Shown: positions 37,174 to 47,293 of the stretch, piece by piece
Numbering within the stretch: the stretch's first letter is position 1
How the letters are laid out: each line of letters opens with the position of its first letter
Notes under the pieces: model-generated
Told to the model about the DNA's origin: nothing
The model's database searches: none
The model's input: only the letters and a program-made list of their open reading frames with translations
Made by a program: the position numbers and the translations under genes
DNA from: Candidatus Lustribacter sp.
GTDB taxonomy: Bacteria > Vulcanimicrobiota > Vulcanimicrobiia > Vulcanimicrobiales > Vulcanimicrobiaceae
NCBI GenBank assembly: GCA_965277805.1
Contig: OZ255842.1
Location: 3,488,001 to 3,552,000, forward strand
DNA: 64,000 nt
Reading direction: 5' to 3'

Positions 37174-39339
37174 TTAGTTGGCGCTGACTCGGGCTTCGCG
37201 TTTGGTGACGCGGTAGACGGCACGTACTTCTTTGAGGTGTTCGAGCTTGTAGAGCAGTTTCTGCAAGTGCTCGATGTTCGTGATTTGCGCGGTTATCGAG
37301 ATGTTCGCCGCCTCTTTTTTCACGCGCGCGTTGACCGAGGAAACCGGGGTCTTCAACTCGGCGCAGACGCCCATCACGTCTTGCAGTAGGCCGGAGCGGT
37401 CATTGGCTTCGATCTCGATGTCGACCGCGTGCTGGATGTGGGTGACGTCGGCCCACGTTGCTTCGAGGATACGTTCGGGTGCGGCGTTCATGTACGCCAC
37501 GTTCGGACAGTCCGCGCGATGGACCGAAACGCCGCGGCCGATCGTGACGAAGCCCATGATCGGGTCGCCCGGGACGGGCGAACAACACTTCGAGAGCCGC
37601 ACGAGCACGTCGTCGACGCCGGCGATGCGGATGCCCGATGCGTTGCGCGCTACACGACGCGTCGAGGTCGGGCGCGGCAGCGTCTGGATGTCGACGACGT
37701 TGTCGGTCTTGAGTTCTTCGCGCAGGCGTTTGGCAACCGAGGCCGCGTTGGCGTCGCCAAAGCCGATCGCCGCGTAGAGGTCGTTGGCCGTGGCGTAGTT
37801 CAGCTTGCCGGCAATTTTCTCGATCACGTCGCCGCGCGCGGAGTCGATGCGCAAGCCGAGATGGACGAGCTCGCTCTCGAGCATCTCTTGCCCGAGCACC
37901 GCGTTCTCTTCTTTCTTCTCTTTACGGAACCACTGTTTGATCTTGTGCTTCGCGCCGGACGTCTTGACGATCGAGAGCCAATCCAGCGACGGGCGCGCGC
38001 TCGACTTGTTGACGAGCACCTCGACGATGTCGCCGTTCTTCAATCCGAAGTCGAGCGGCACGATCTTGCCGTTGACCTTCGCGCCCACGCAATGATTCCC
38101 GACGCCGGAGTGCACTTGGTAGGCGAAGTCGAGCGGCGTCGCGCTTGCAGGCAGCGAGAACACATCGCCCTTGGGCGAGAAGATGAACACCTGCGACTCG
38201 AACAAGTCGAGCTTGAGGTTCTCCATGAACATCCGCGAGTCGCGCATGTCGTTCTGCCACTCGAGCAGCGAACGCAGCCAGGTGAGCTTCTGCTCGAAGG
38301 TGTCGCCCTTGGCGCCTTCTTTGTATCGCCAGTGTGCGGCGATGCCGTACTCGCTCGTGCGGTGCATCTCGAGCGTGCGGATTTGCACTTCGAGCGGATC
38401 GCCGCCCGGCCCGACGACCGTCGTGTGCAAAGACTGGTACATGTTGGGCTTGGGCATCGCGATGTAATCTTTGAAGCGCCCCGGCAGCGGCTTCCAGATC
38501 GAGTGCACGACGCCCAACGCGCCGTAACAATCCTTGACCGAATCGACGATGATGCGGACGGCCGTCAAATCGTAGATGGTCGAGAAGTCGCGGCCCTTCT
38601 GCATCTTCTTGTGAATCGAGTAGAAGTGCTTGGGACGGCCGTTGACTTCCGCATGCAGACCGATCGCTTCGAACTGGCCCTTGAGCTCGTCGAGCACGCG
38701 TTGCACGGCGGCTTCGCGTTCGCCGCGTTTCTTCGCGACGCGTTCGGCGATATCGTGATACGCCGCCGGATCGAGGTAGCGCAGCGAGAGATCTTCGAGA
38801 TCCCACTTCATGCGCCAAATGCCCAAGCGATGCGCGATCGGGGCGTAGATCTCGATCGTCTCTTGGGCGATCGTCTGCTGCTTCGCCGGCGGGAGCGATC
38901 CCAGCGTGCGCATGTTGTGCAGCCGGTCGGCGAGCTTGATGATGATGACGCGGATGTCCTTAGCCATCGCCAGGAACATCTTGCGCAAGTTCTCGACCTG
39001 CGCGTCTTCCTTCGTCTGATACGGAATGCGCGTCAGCTTGGTGACGCCGTCGACGAGCGAGGCGATCTCCTCACCGAAGCGTTCGCCGACTTCTTCGCTC
39101 GTGATGACCGTGTCTTCGACGACGTCGTGCAGCAGCGCGGCGGCGATCGTCTGGCGGTCCATTTCGAGATCGGCCAGGATCGCGGCAACGGCCAGCGGGT
39201 GCTCGATGTACGATTCGCCCGAGGCCCGGCGCTGCTCGCGGTGCGCGCCCTCGGCAACAGCATATACGCTCTCGAGCCACGCGGGGTCGAGGGAGGGGTC
39301 ATAACGGCGAACATTAGCAACGAGATCCGCGATCGTCAT
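37174..39339 (-). CDS. relA: bifunctional (p)ppGpp synthetase/hydrolase (RelA/SpoT)
   Basis: LHDVVEDT HD motif, RFKDYIAMPKPNMYQSLHT, TGS, CC and ACT domains. Confidence 0.97.
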   Translation of the reverse strand: MTIADLVANVRRYDPSLDPAWLESVYAVAEGAHREQRRASGESYIEHPLAVAAILADLEMDRQTIAAALLHDVVEDTVITSEEVGERFGEEIASLVDGVTKLTRIPYQTKEDAQVENLRKMFLAMAKDIRVIIIKLADRLHNMRTLGSLPPAKQQTIAQETIEIYAPIAHRLGIWRMKWDLEDLSLRYLDPAAYHDIAERVAKKRGEREAAVQRVLDELKGQFEAIGLHAEVNGRPKHFYSIHKKMQKGRDFSTIYDLTAVRIIVDSVKDCYGALGVVHSIWKPLPGRFKDYIAMPKPNMYQSLHTTVVGPGGDPLEVQIRTLEMHRTSEYGIAAHWRYKEGAKGDTFEQKLTWLRSLLEWQNDMRDSRMFMENLKLDLFESQVFIFSPKGDVFSLPASATPLDFAYQVHSGVGNHCVGAKVNGKIVPLDFGLKNGDIVEVLVNKSSARPSLDWLSIVKTSGAKHKIKQWFRKEKKEENAVLGQEMLESELVHLGLRIDSARGDVIEKIAGKLNYATANDLYAAIGFGDANAASVAKRLREELKTDNVVDIQTLPRPTSTRRVARNASGIRIAGVDDVLVRLSKCCSPVPGDPIMGFVTIGRGVSVHRADCPNVAYMNAAPERILEATWADVTHIQHAVDIEIEANDRSGLLQDVMGVCAELKTPVSSVNARVKKEAANISITAQITNIEHLQKLLYKLEHLKEVRAVYRVTKREARVSAN

Positions 39340-39382
39340 AGGATCTAAGCCTTACAACCCGCCGCATGCCGCATAAGGTGCG

Positions 39383-39895
39383 TCAGTACGTGATGAACGA
39401 CGTGATATCCACGCCGGGCAGGGCCTTGCGGCCGTTGAGGTCAGCCAGCTCGATCAGCACGGCCACGCCGGCGATCTTGGCCTCGAGGCGCGCCAGCAGC
39501 CGCAGGGTGGCGGCCATGGTGCCACCGGTGGCAAGCAGGTCGTCGATCACAAGCACGCGCTTGCCCTTGGTCACGGCGTCGGCGTGGATCTCGATCGTGT
39601 TGGTGCCGTACTCGAGCTCGTATTCTTCGGTGAACTTCTCGCCGGGCAGTTTGCCGGGCTTGCGCACCGGCACGAAACCGGCATTCAGAGCATACGCGAC
39701 CGGCGCGCCGAGCATGTAGCCGCGAGCCTCGATGCCGACCACATATTCAATGCCTGCACCGCGGTATTTGTCGACAAACAGGTCGACCATCGCCTTGAAG
39801 CCGGCGGCGTCGCCGAGTAACGGTGTGATATCGCGGAAAAGAATCCCGGGAATGGGAAAATCCGGTATCGCGCGGATCAAAGCTTCGAGCTGCAC
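39383..39895 (-). CDS. apt: adenine phosphoribosyltransferase
   Basis: IPDFPIPGILFRDITP, GIEARG, RKPGKLP, IDDLLATGGT. Confidence 0.97.
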   Translation of the reverse strand: MQLEALIRAIPDFPIPGILFRDITPLLGDAAGFKAMVDLFVDKYRGAGIEYVVGIEARGYMLGAPVAYALNAGFVPVRKPGKLPGEKFTEEYELEYGTNTIEIHADAVTKGKRVLVIDDLLATGGTMAATLRLLARLEAKIAGVAVLIELADLNGRKALPGVDITSFITY

Positions 39896-39958
39896 GCCCC
39901 GGCGTTCGCCCCATTCGAACGGGAACCCCGCGGCACGCTCGAATCGTTGTGCCTGCGC

Positions 39959-40765
39959 ATGAAGACAAAAGTCGGAGCACCGGCCTTCGACGATCCCGTC
40001 AGGCGCTTCGCCGTTGCCGTCCCGAGTGCCATCGTTATTACGGTGTTGTGCTTTGCGCTGGGCCGCTGCCAACCGGCTGAACGCTCGGTCACCGAAAGCG
40101 CGCCGCCCGCTACCGTGGTGCTCGAACGCCGGCCGCCGACCCCGACACCGGCCCCGCCAACCCCCACGCCGCGTCCGCCGACACCGCCGCCCACCTTACC
40201 GCCGGTCCCGCGCGTGACGCTCGCGCCGGTTCCCGAGCGCGCGGCGCCCCGTGCCGTCCATGCCTCGGGCGGCGGACACGCCGCGCCCAAGCCGCATCCG
40301 CAGGTCGTGATGCCGTCGGTGGTCGTCGCGGGGAGCGGTGGCGGCGCCGGGACGGGAACCGGCGATGGTGAGGGCGCAGGCAACGCCGGCGGCAGCGGCA
40401 ACGGCACGGGCGGCACCGGCAGCGGAACGGTCAATGCCGATGCGCCGTGCGGCAGCGTCGATCTGATCCCGGTCCAATCGCCCGATCATGCGGGCGCGCT
40501 CACCTACGAGCACATCCGCGCCACCGTGACGTTTCCGGACGGCCACACGCAGACGGACGAGTTTCCCTATCGCTGGGTCTACGCCAACCCGGCCGACGAT
40601 CCGTGGTCGACGCAAAACATGTCCAATGCGAACTTCATCACGCGTGTCCAGCAGCCGCCGTCCAGCGCCGACGTGAGCCGCTACCCGGAAACCATTCGCT
40701 ACATCCTCAACCACACGCGTTCCGACGGCACGACGATCCTCCAAGAGTGTCCGCAGCAGCATTAG
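39959..40765 (+). CDS. membrane-anchored Pro/Gly-rich hypothetical protein
   Basis: N-terminal TM, PTPTP linker, Gly-rich tract, globular C-terminus. Confidence 0.65.
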   Translation: MKTKVGAPAFDDPVRRFAVAVPSAIVITVLCFALGRCQPAERSVTESAPPATVVLERRPPTPTPAPPTPTPRPPTPPPTLPPVPRVTLAPVPERAAPRAVHASGGGHAAPKPHPQVVMPSVVVAGSGGGAGTGTGDGEGAGNAGGSGNGTGGTGSGTVNADAPCGSVDLIPVQSPDHAGALTYEHIRATVTFPDGHTQTDEFPYRWVYANPADDPWSTQNMSNANFITRVQQPPSSADVSRYPETIRYILNHTRSDGTTILQECPQQH

Positions 40766-41946
40766 CGCTGCGCTAACGCTTCGAGCCGCGCGTAGAACGC
40801 GTCGATCGCGCTGCCATGTGCCGCCAGCGCGCGCTGCGCTCCGGCCACGCGATCCTCACGCTCGCCCGCGCTCGTTTCGAGTGCGTTGCGGATGGCGCCG
40901 AGCCAATCGTCGTCATCCGAAATGAACAGCGTCGCAGCGACGTCCGGCGGAAGACCCGTGACGCCGGCCGTCGTCGAAAGAACCGGAACGCCGGCGCCGA
41001 TGTAGTCGAGCATCTTCATATTGACGCCGCCGGTAAACCGCACCGGATTCACGGCCAGATCGGCCAGTGCCAAGAGCGCGGCGAGTTCATCGCCGGTAAC
41101 GATCCCGAGCACGCGCATGTTTTTCGGCCGGCTGCGACGATCGAGTTCACCCGCAACGTTGCCGGCTACGACGAACTCCATGTCCGGCGCGCGCACGGCA
41201 ACGCCGGCGAGTTCGCGTGCGGCAAGAACATTCGGCCAGTGCGAGCTCCCGACAAACAAGACGACCGGCCGGTCGCCGAAGCGTGAACGGCGGCGCGTGG
41301 TTCGCGCGTCAATCGACGGCGGCGCAAACTTGGCCGGGTCCCCAAACGGTGGAACGACGATCACATCGCGCAGACCGGGGTAGCGAGCGGTGAGCGCTCG
41401 CGCAACGTCATTGGAAATGGCAAACGTGAGTTGCGCGCGGCGCACGGCGCGCGTCTCGAGCGCGGCGACCTGCTGCAATAACGCGGCACCGCGCTCGTTA
41501 CTCGGCAAATGCGCCTCCATTAGCCGCACTTCGTCGTCCATCGCCTCGTATACAAGCGGCCCGTTCCACGCGTGTTCGATCGCAGATATGAGATATGGCC
41601 GGGAAGCAATCATAATATCGGCGTCGGCCGCGTTTGCGCGCAGCCGCTCGACATAGCCCGGCGTGAGGCGCGGCGTCTCGTCAGCTAACACGTCGTCGAC
41701 AACGACGCCCAGTGATTTTGATACGCTACCGTACGAACGTTGCTGCGCTTTGCTCGTGGCGAAGCGTTCTTCGACAATACCGGCGTACGGTCGACTTTTC
41801 TTGCTCGGGGTGTTGTAAGGCGTGAGCGCAACGATTACGATCTCAGCACCCGTGTCGGCAAGCGCACAATAAACATCTGCCATTCGCCGTTGACCGCCGC
41901 TCGTTGCTGGGAACACTGCAAACGTCGTGGCAACCACGATCCGCAT
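40762..41946 (-). CDS. glycosyltransferase family 4
   Basis: SGGQRR, LFVGSSHWPN, MKMLDYIGAGVPVLST. Confidence 0.85.
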   Translation of the reverse strand: MRIVVATTFAVFPATSGGQRRMADVYCALADTGAEIVIVALTPYNTPSKKSRPYAGIVEERFATSKAQQRSYGSVSKSLGVVVDDVLADETPRLTPGYVERLRANAADADIMIASRPYLISAIEHAWNGPLVYEAMDDEVRLMEAHLPSNERGAALLQQVAALETRAVRRAQLTFAISNDVARALTARYPGLRDVIVVPPFGDPAKFAPPSIDARTTRRRSRFGDRPVVLFVGSSHWPNVLAARELAGVAVRAPDMEFVVAGNVAGELDRRSRPKNMRVLGIVTGDELAALLALADLAVNPVRFTGGVNMKMLDYIGAGVPVLSTTAGVTGLPPDVAATLFISDDDDWLGAIRNALETSAGEREDRVAGAQRALAAHGSAIDAFYARLEALAQR

Positions 41947-41996
41947 CCGACTCGATTACCGCAGCGAATCGGCGCACCCTTTGGAGAAAATATCCG

Positions 41997-43025
41997 TTGA
42001 TCCGCGTTGGCATTGACGCGTGGAATCTACCGAACGATCTTCGTGGCATCGGCCGCTACGTTCGCGAAATGGTAAAGTGCTTGCGCAGCGAGCACGGCAG
42101 CGAAGTCGCGTGCACGCTCGTCATTCCGGAATGGCCACCGACGCTCGCAAGCAGGCGCTATCTGCGCGCAATCGGCGACGCAACGCTGCCGGTAGTGTCA
42201 CGTCGTGTCGCGCGGCAACGCCGTTTCGACTTGCTTTGGTTTCCGTTCAACGGACCCAGCTGGGACGATTTTCGCGGACCGTCGGTGGCGACGCTGCACG
42301 ACGCGCTCACATTTGCGCTGCCGGGTTTTTCCGACGAAGCGCGCGCTCCGTTCCGGCGCGCTGCCGAGCGCTGCGAACACATCGTCACGGACTCGGAGTT
42401 TTCGCGCACCGAACTGTTGCGCGTTTTGCCGCTGGAGCCCGAACGCATCAGCGTCGTCCTGCCGGGTGTCGCACCGCTGCCGGTGGGCACCCCGGCGATC
42501 GACATCGCTTCGCTGGGCTCGTATTTGCTCTTCGTCGGCGAAACCGATTCGCGCAAGGGCGTCGACCGGTTCATCGCTGCAGCGGAGTTGCTGCGGGCGC
42601 GGGGGATCGACGTCACCTGCGTGATTGCGGGCCGGGTCGTCGGCTCGTTGCCCGCGCCGGACGGCGTGAACGTGCGCGCGCTCGGATTTGTCGACGACGT
42701 CACCTTGCAGGCGCTCTACCGCGGCTGCAGCGCGTTCGTGTATCCGTCGCGCTACGAGGGCTTCGGGCTGCCGATCCTCGAGGCGCTGCTCGCCGGGGCT
42801 CCTGTCGTCGCGAGCGCGGGCTCGTCGCTCATCGAGGCGGGCGGGGATGCGGCACTCTACGCGCCGGCCGATGACACGGCCGCCTTCGCCGAGGCCGTGC
42901 AACGCATTTTCAGCGATGCGGCGCTCGCCGAGGCTCTGCGCCGGCGCGGCATCGAACGCGCCCGGACGATGAGCTGGTCACGGTCAGCCGGAGCGCTGGT
43001 CGACGTCTTCCGGAAAGTCGCCTAG
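41997..43025 (+). CDS. glycosyltransferase family 4
   Basis: GIGRYVRE, TLHD, YPSRYEGFGLPILEA. Confidence 0.9.
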   Translation: MIRVGIDAWNLPNDLRGIGRYVREMVKCLRSEHGSEVACTLVIPEWPPTLASRRYLRAIGDATLPVVSRRVARQRRFDLLWFPFNGPSWDDFRGPSVATLHDALTFALPGFSDEARAPFRRAAERCEHIVTDSEFSRTELLRVLPLEPERISVVLPGVAPLPVGTPAIDIASLGSYLLFVGETDSRKGVDRFIAAAELLRARGIDVTCVIAGRVVGSLPAPDGVNVRALGFVDDVTLQALYRGCSAFVYPSRYEGFGLPILEALLAGAPVVASAGSSLIEAGGDAALYAPADDTAAFAEAVQRIFSDAALAEALRRRGIERARTMSWSRSAGALVDVFRKVA

Positions 43026-43076
43026 GCAACCGGCCGCACAAGGAGGTCGCGCCCGCAACGAAAAGGACGTTCGAGC

Positions 43077-44307
<1,231 letters not shown>

Positions 44308-44324
44308 GGGGTAGTTCGAACAAT

Positions 44325-45281
44325 ATGAAGGTCGTAGTGGCTGGCCAAGGTGCTTTTGGTCAGAAGCATCTCGATGGGATCGCGCGCATCGACGGCGTGG
44401 AAGTCGCCTCGCTCGTCGGCGGCAATCAGGAATCGACGAAGGCCGTAGCGGCGAAGTACGGCATCCCGCACTACACGGGCGATCTCGCCGAAGCGCTCGC
44501 GCAGCCCGGTGTCGAGGCCGCGATCCTCGCGACGCCGACGCAGATGCACGCGAAGCAGGGCGAACAAGTGATGCGCGCCGGCAAACACGTCGAGATCGAA
44601 ATTCCGGTCTCGGACACGCTGGCCGAAGCCGAACGTCTCGTGGCCGTCCAAAAGGAAACCGGCATGATCGGCATGGGCGGTCACACGCGCCGTTTCAACC
44701 CAAGCCATCAATACATCCACAACAAGATCAAGGCGGGCGAACTCACGGTACTGCAGATGGACGTGCAAACGTACTTCTTCCGCCGTACCAACATGAACGC
44801 CGCCGGCCAGCCGCGCAGTTGGACCGACCATCTTCTCTGGCACCATGCCTGTCACACGGTCGATCTCTTCCAGTACCAAACCGGCGGAACCGCAACCGTC
44901 GCGCATGCCGTCGAAGGCCCGATGGATCCGAACCTCAAGATCGCGATGGATATGGGCATCTTGATGAAGGTGCCGAGCGGCGCGATCTGCACGCTCTCGC
45001 TCTCGTTCAACAATGACGGCCCGTTCGGAACGTTTTTCCGCTACATCTGCGACAACGGCACGTACCTCGCCTATTACGACGATCTCAGCGACGGCAAGGG
45101 CAATAAGATCGATCTGACCGGCGTGGCCGTCTCGTTCGACGGCATCGAACTGCAAGACCGCGAGTTCTTCTCGGCGATCAAAGAAAAACGCGAACCCAAC
45201 GCCAGCTTCGCCCAAATCCTACCCGCCATGCAAACCCTCGACAAACTCGATAAAGACATGGGCGGCTCACCCCGCGCCTAA
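44325..45281 (+). CDS. ligC: 4-carboxy-2-hydroxymuconate-6-semialdehyde dehydrogenase
   Basis: GAFGQKHL, GHTRRFNPSH, RSWTDHLLWHH; follows ligAB. Confidence 0.9.
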   Translation: MKVVVAGQGAFGQKHLDGIARIDGVEVASLVGGNQESTKAVAAKYGIPHYTGDLAEALAQPGVEAAILATPTQMHAKQGEQVMRAGKHVEIEIPVSDTLAEAERLVAVQKETGMIGMGGHTRRFNPSHQYIHNKIKAGELTVLQMDVQTYFFRRTNMNAAGQPRSWTDHLLWHHACHTVDLFQYQTGGTATVAHAVEGPMDPNLKIAMDMGILMKVPSGAICTLSLSFNNDGPFGTFFRYICDNGTYLAYYDDLSDGKGNKIDLTGVAVSFDGIELQDREFFSAIKEKREPNASFAQILPAMQTLDKLDKDMGGSPRA

Positions 45282-45283
45282 TC

Positions 45284-45955
45284 GTGCCTGACACGCCCTA
45301 CGGCATGCCGCCATACGTGATCGAACGCGTGATGGCGAAGCGCGGGCGATTGGCGGTCTTCGAGCGGTTTGACCCGCTCAAGACCGCGCTGCTGTGCATC
45401 GACATGCAGTATTTCTACGTCGGTGAGATCCCCTCGGTGCTCGCGATCATTCCGAACATCAACCGCATCGCGAAACGGCTCCGCGAACTCGGCGGCTTGA
45501 TCGTTTGGGTCGGGATGAGCGCCGGCGAAAACGGCGAGAGCCGCTGGCACGTCTATCACGACAACTTCTTCACCCCCGAACGGGGCGCCAATCACCGCGA
45601 CGGCCTCTCGCCCGGTCACCCCGCGCACGCGTTTCACGCCGATCTCGACATCCAACCGTCGGATGAGATCGTCTATAAATCGCGTTTCAGCCCGTTCATC
45701 GCGGGCGCATCGAACATTCAGGACGTCCTGCAGCCGCACGGAATCGAGAACCTCATCGTCGTTGGAACCGCCACGAATATGTGCTGCGAATCGGCGGCGC
45801 GCGACGCGATGATGCTCGATTACAAAGTCGTGATGGTCGCGGATGCCAACGGCGCGCGCTATGACGACGACCACCTGGCCGGATTGACGAGTTTCTATCA
45901 GAGTTTCGGTGACGTGCGCACGACCGCAGAGGTCACCGATTCGCTGCTAGCCTGA
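45284..45955 (+). CDS. isochorismatase-family cysteine hydrolase
   Basis: IDMQ, K.RFSPF, GTATNMCCESAARDA. Confidence 0.9.
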   Translation: MPDTPYGMPPYVIERVMAKRGRLAVFERFDPLKTALLCIDMQYFYVGEIPSVLAIIPNINRIAKRLRELGGLIVWVGMSAGENGESRWHVYHDNFFTPERGANHRDGLSPGHPAHAFHADLDIQPSDEIVYKSRFSPFIAGASNIQDVLQPHGIENLIVVGTATNMCCESAARDAMMLDYKVVMVADANGARYDDDHLAGLTSFYQSFGDVRTTAEVTDSLLA

Positions 45956-45956
45956 G

Positions 45957-46544
45957 CTACGGCGCCGGCCGGTTCGTAACTACGTTCCACTGCAGTTTGG
46001 TGAGCGTGTCGCTCGTCAGCGGCTTGGTCGTATCGACCTTTGCCTGCTCGTAGGCAACTTGGGCGTAGTTGATATCGAAGGTGTCAACGAGCTTGCCCTT
46101 CGAGTTTGCGGTGATTTGCGACGATGTGATGTAGACATTTTTCATGATGAACAGCTGGTAGGGCACGACCTTGCCGCTGACGTTCTTGCCGATGACGAGC
46201 ACCAGTTCCGGAAGGTGCTTATCGCTGATGGCATCTTGCGTCAGTACGTTGGCGGCCTCGGAATCCGCTCCGGTGACGGTCATGGACTCCATCGTCGCTT
46301 TGCCGGCGCCCGCGCCGGTGGATTGGCTGCCGATATTTTCCGGATGACCGACGCCGATTGAGAAACTCGTGACTTTGTACATATCCGCCGGTTTTTGCGT
46401 AATCTCGCCCTTGGGCTCGGAACCCTCGATTTGACCGGGCGGAATTTTGAGATAGTACACGTCCGCGAACGCCGGCGCGGCGATTGCCGTTACGGCGAAG
46501 ACGGAGAGGGCGCCGGCGATTCGCGCAAACAAGGATGATTTCAT
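45957..46544 (-). CDS. Hcp-like (type VI tube fold) protein with an N-terminal signal peptide
   Basis: YLKI...IEG, SFSIGV...GAGAGKAT, MKNVYITS, INYAQV, WNVVTN. Confidence 0.7.
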   Translation of the reverse strand: MKSSLFARIAGALSVFAVTAIAAPAFADVYYLKIPPGQIEGSEPKGEITQKPADMYKVTSFSIGVGHPENIGSQSTGAGAGKATMESMTVTGADSEAANVLTQDAISDKHLPELVLVIGKNVSGKVVPYQLFIMKNVYITSSQITANSKGKLVDTFDINYAQVAYEQAKVDTTKPLTSDTLTKLQWNVVTNRPAP

Positions 46545-46690
46545 AAAGGACTCCCATCAGAAGAACCAGGTGGCCGGTTGCGTCTTTGGCGCGGTGGGAA
46601 CCGTCCCATGGCAAGCGAGCCATTGCCCGCTGGGACGGCACGATTCGGAATGCCACCCAGGTGGCACTAGCGGGCGCGATACTGCGGCCT

Positions 46691-47284
46691 ATGTCCGCTT
46701 TGCCGATCCGGGCGGGTCGCTTCGCCTTCGTCGACGTCGAAACGACCGGTTTCGACCCGAGCAAGTGCGCGGTCGTCGAGGTGGCATGCCAAATCGTCGA
46801 GGCGGGTGAGATCGTCGCGACGTTCGAGTCGCTGGTCAACCCGCTGCGTGGCATCCCCTCGTTCGTGCAGGCGATCCACGGCATCCACGACGGCATGGTG
46901 TGGGGGCAGCCGCACATGCGCGAGCTCGTCCCCACCCTGCGCCGGCTCTGCCGCGGCGCCGTGATCGTGGCGCACAACGCCGATTTCGACCGCCGCTTTC
47001 TGCCGTTCTTGGCCGCGCAGCCCTCGGCGTGCTCGTGGCGGCTCGCCTCGCTCGTGGTGCCTGAAGCGCCGAATCACAAGAATCAGACGCTCGGCAACTT
47101 TTTCGGCGTGGACGATCCGCAGTTGGACGGCCGCCGGCCGCACCGCGCGCTCGCCGACGTGATCGTCACGCGGCACGTGTTCTTCCACTGCATCGAACGC
47201 TACGTCGCGGCAGGCAACGGCGATAACCTCGAAGCGCTGTTCGACTTTCTGCAGCCGAAGTATCTGCGCGACCAACCGGCGTAA
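46691..47284 (+). CDS. DEDDh 3'-5' exonuclease (DnaQ-like)
   Basis: VDVETTG, AHNADFD, HRALAD. Confidence 0.9.
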   Translation: MSALPIRAGRFAFVDVETTGFDPSKCAVVEVACQIVEAGEIVATFESLVNPLRGIPSFVQAIHGIHDGMVWGQPHMRELVPTLRRLCRGAVIVAHNADFDRRFLPFLAAQPSACSWRLASLVVPEAPNHKNQTLGNFFGVDDPQLDGRRPHRALADVIVTRHVFFHCIERYVAAGNGDNLEALFDFLQPKYLRDQPA

Positions 47285-47293
47285 ACTCTCATC

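Noticed and set aside
37429-39348. 639-aa plus-strand ORF
   Set aside because: Antisense shadow of relA in high-GC DNA.
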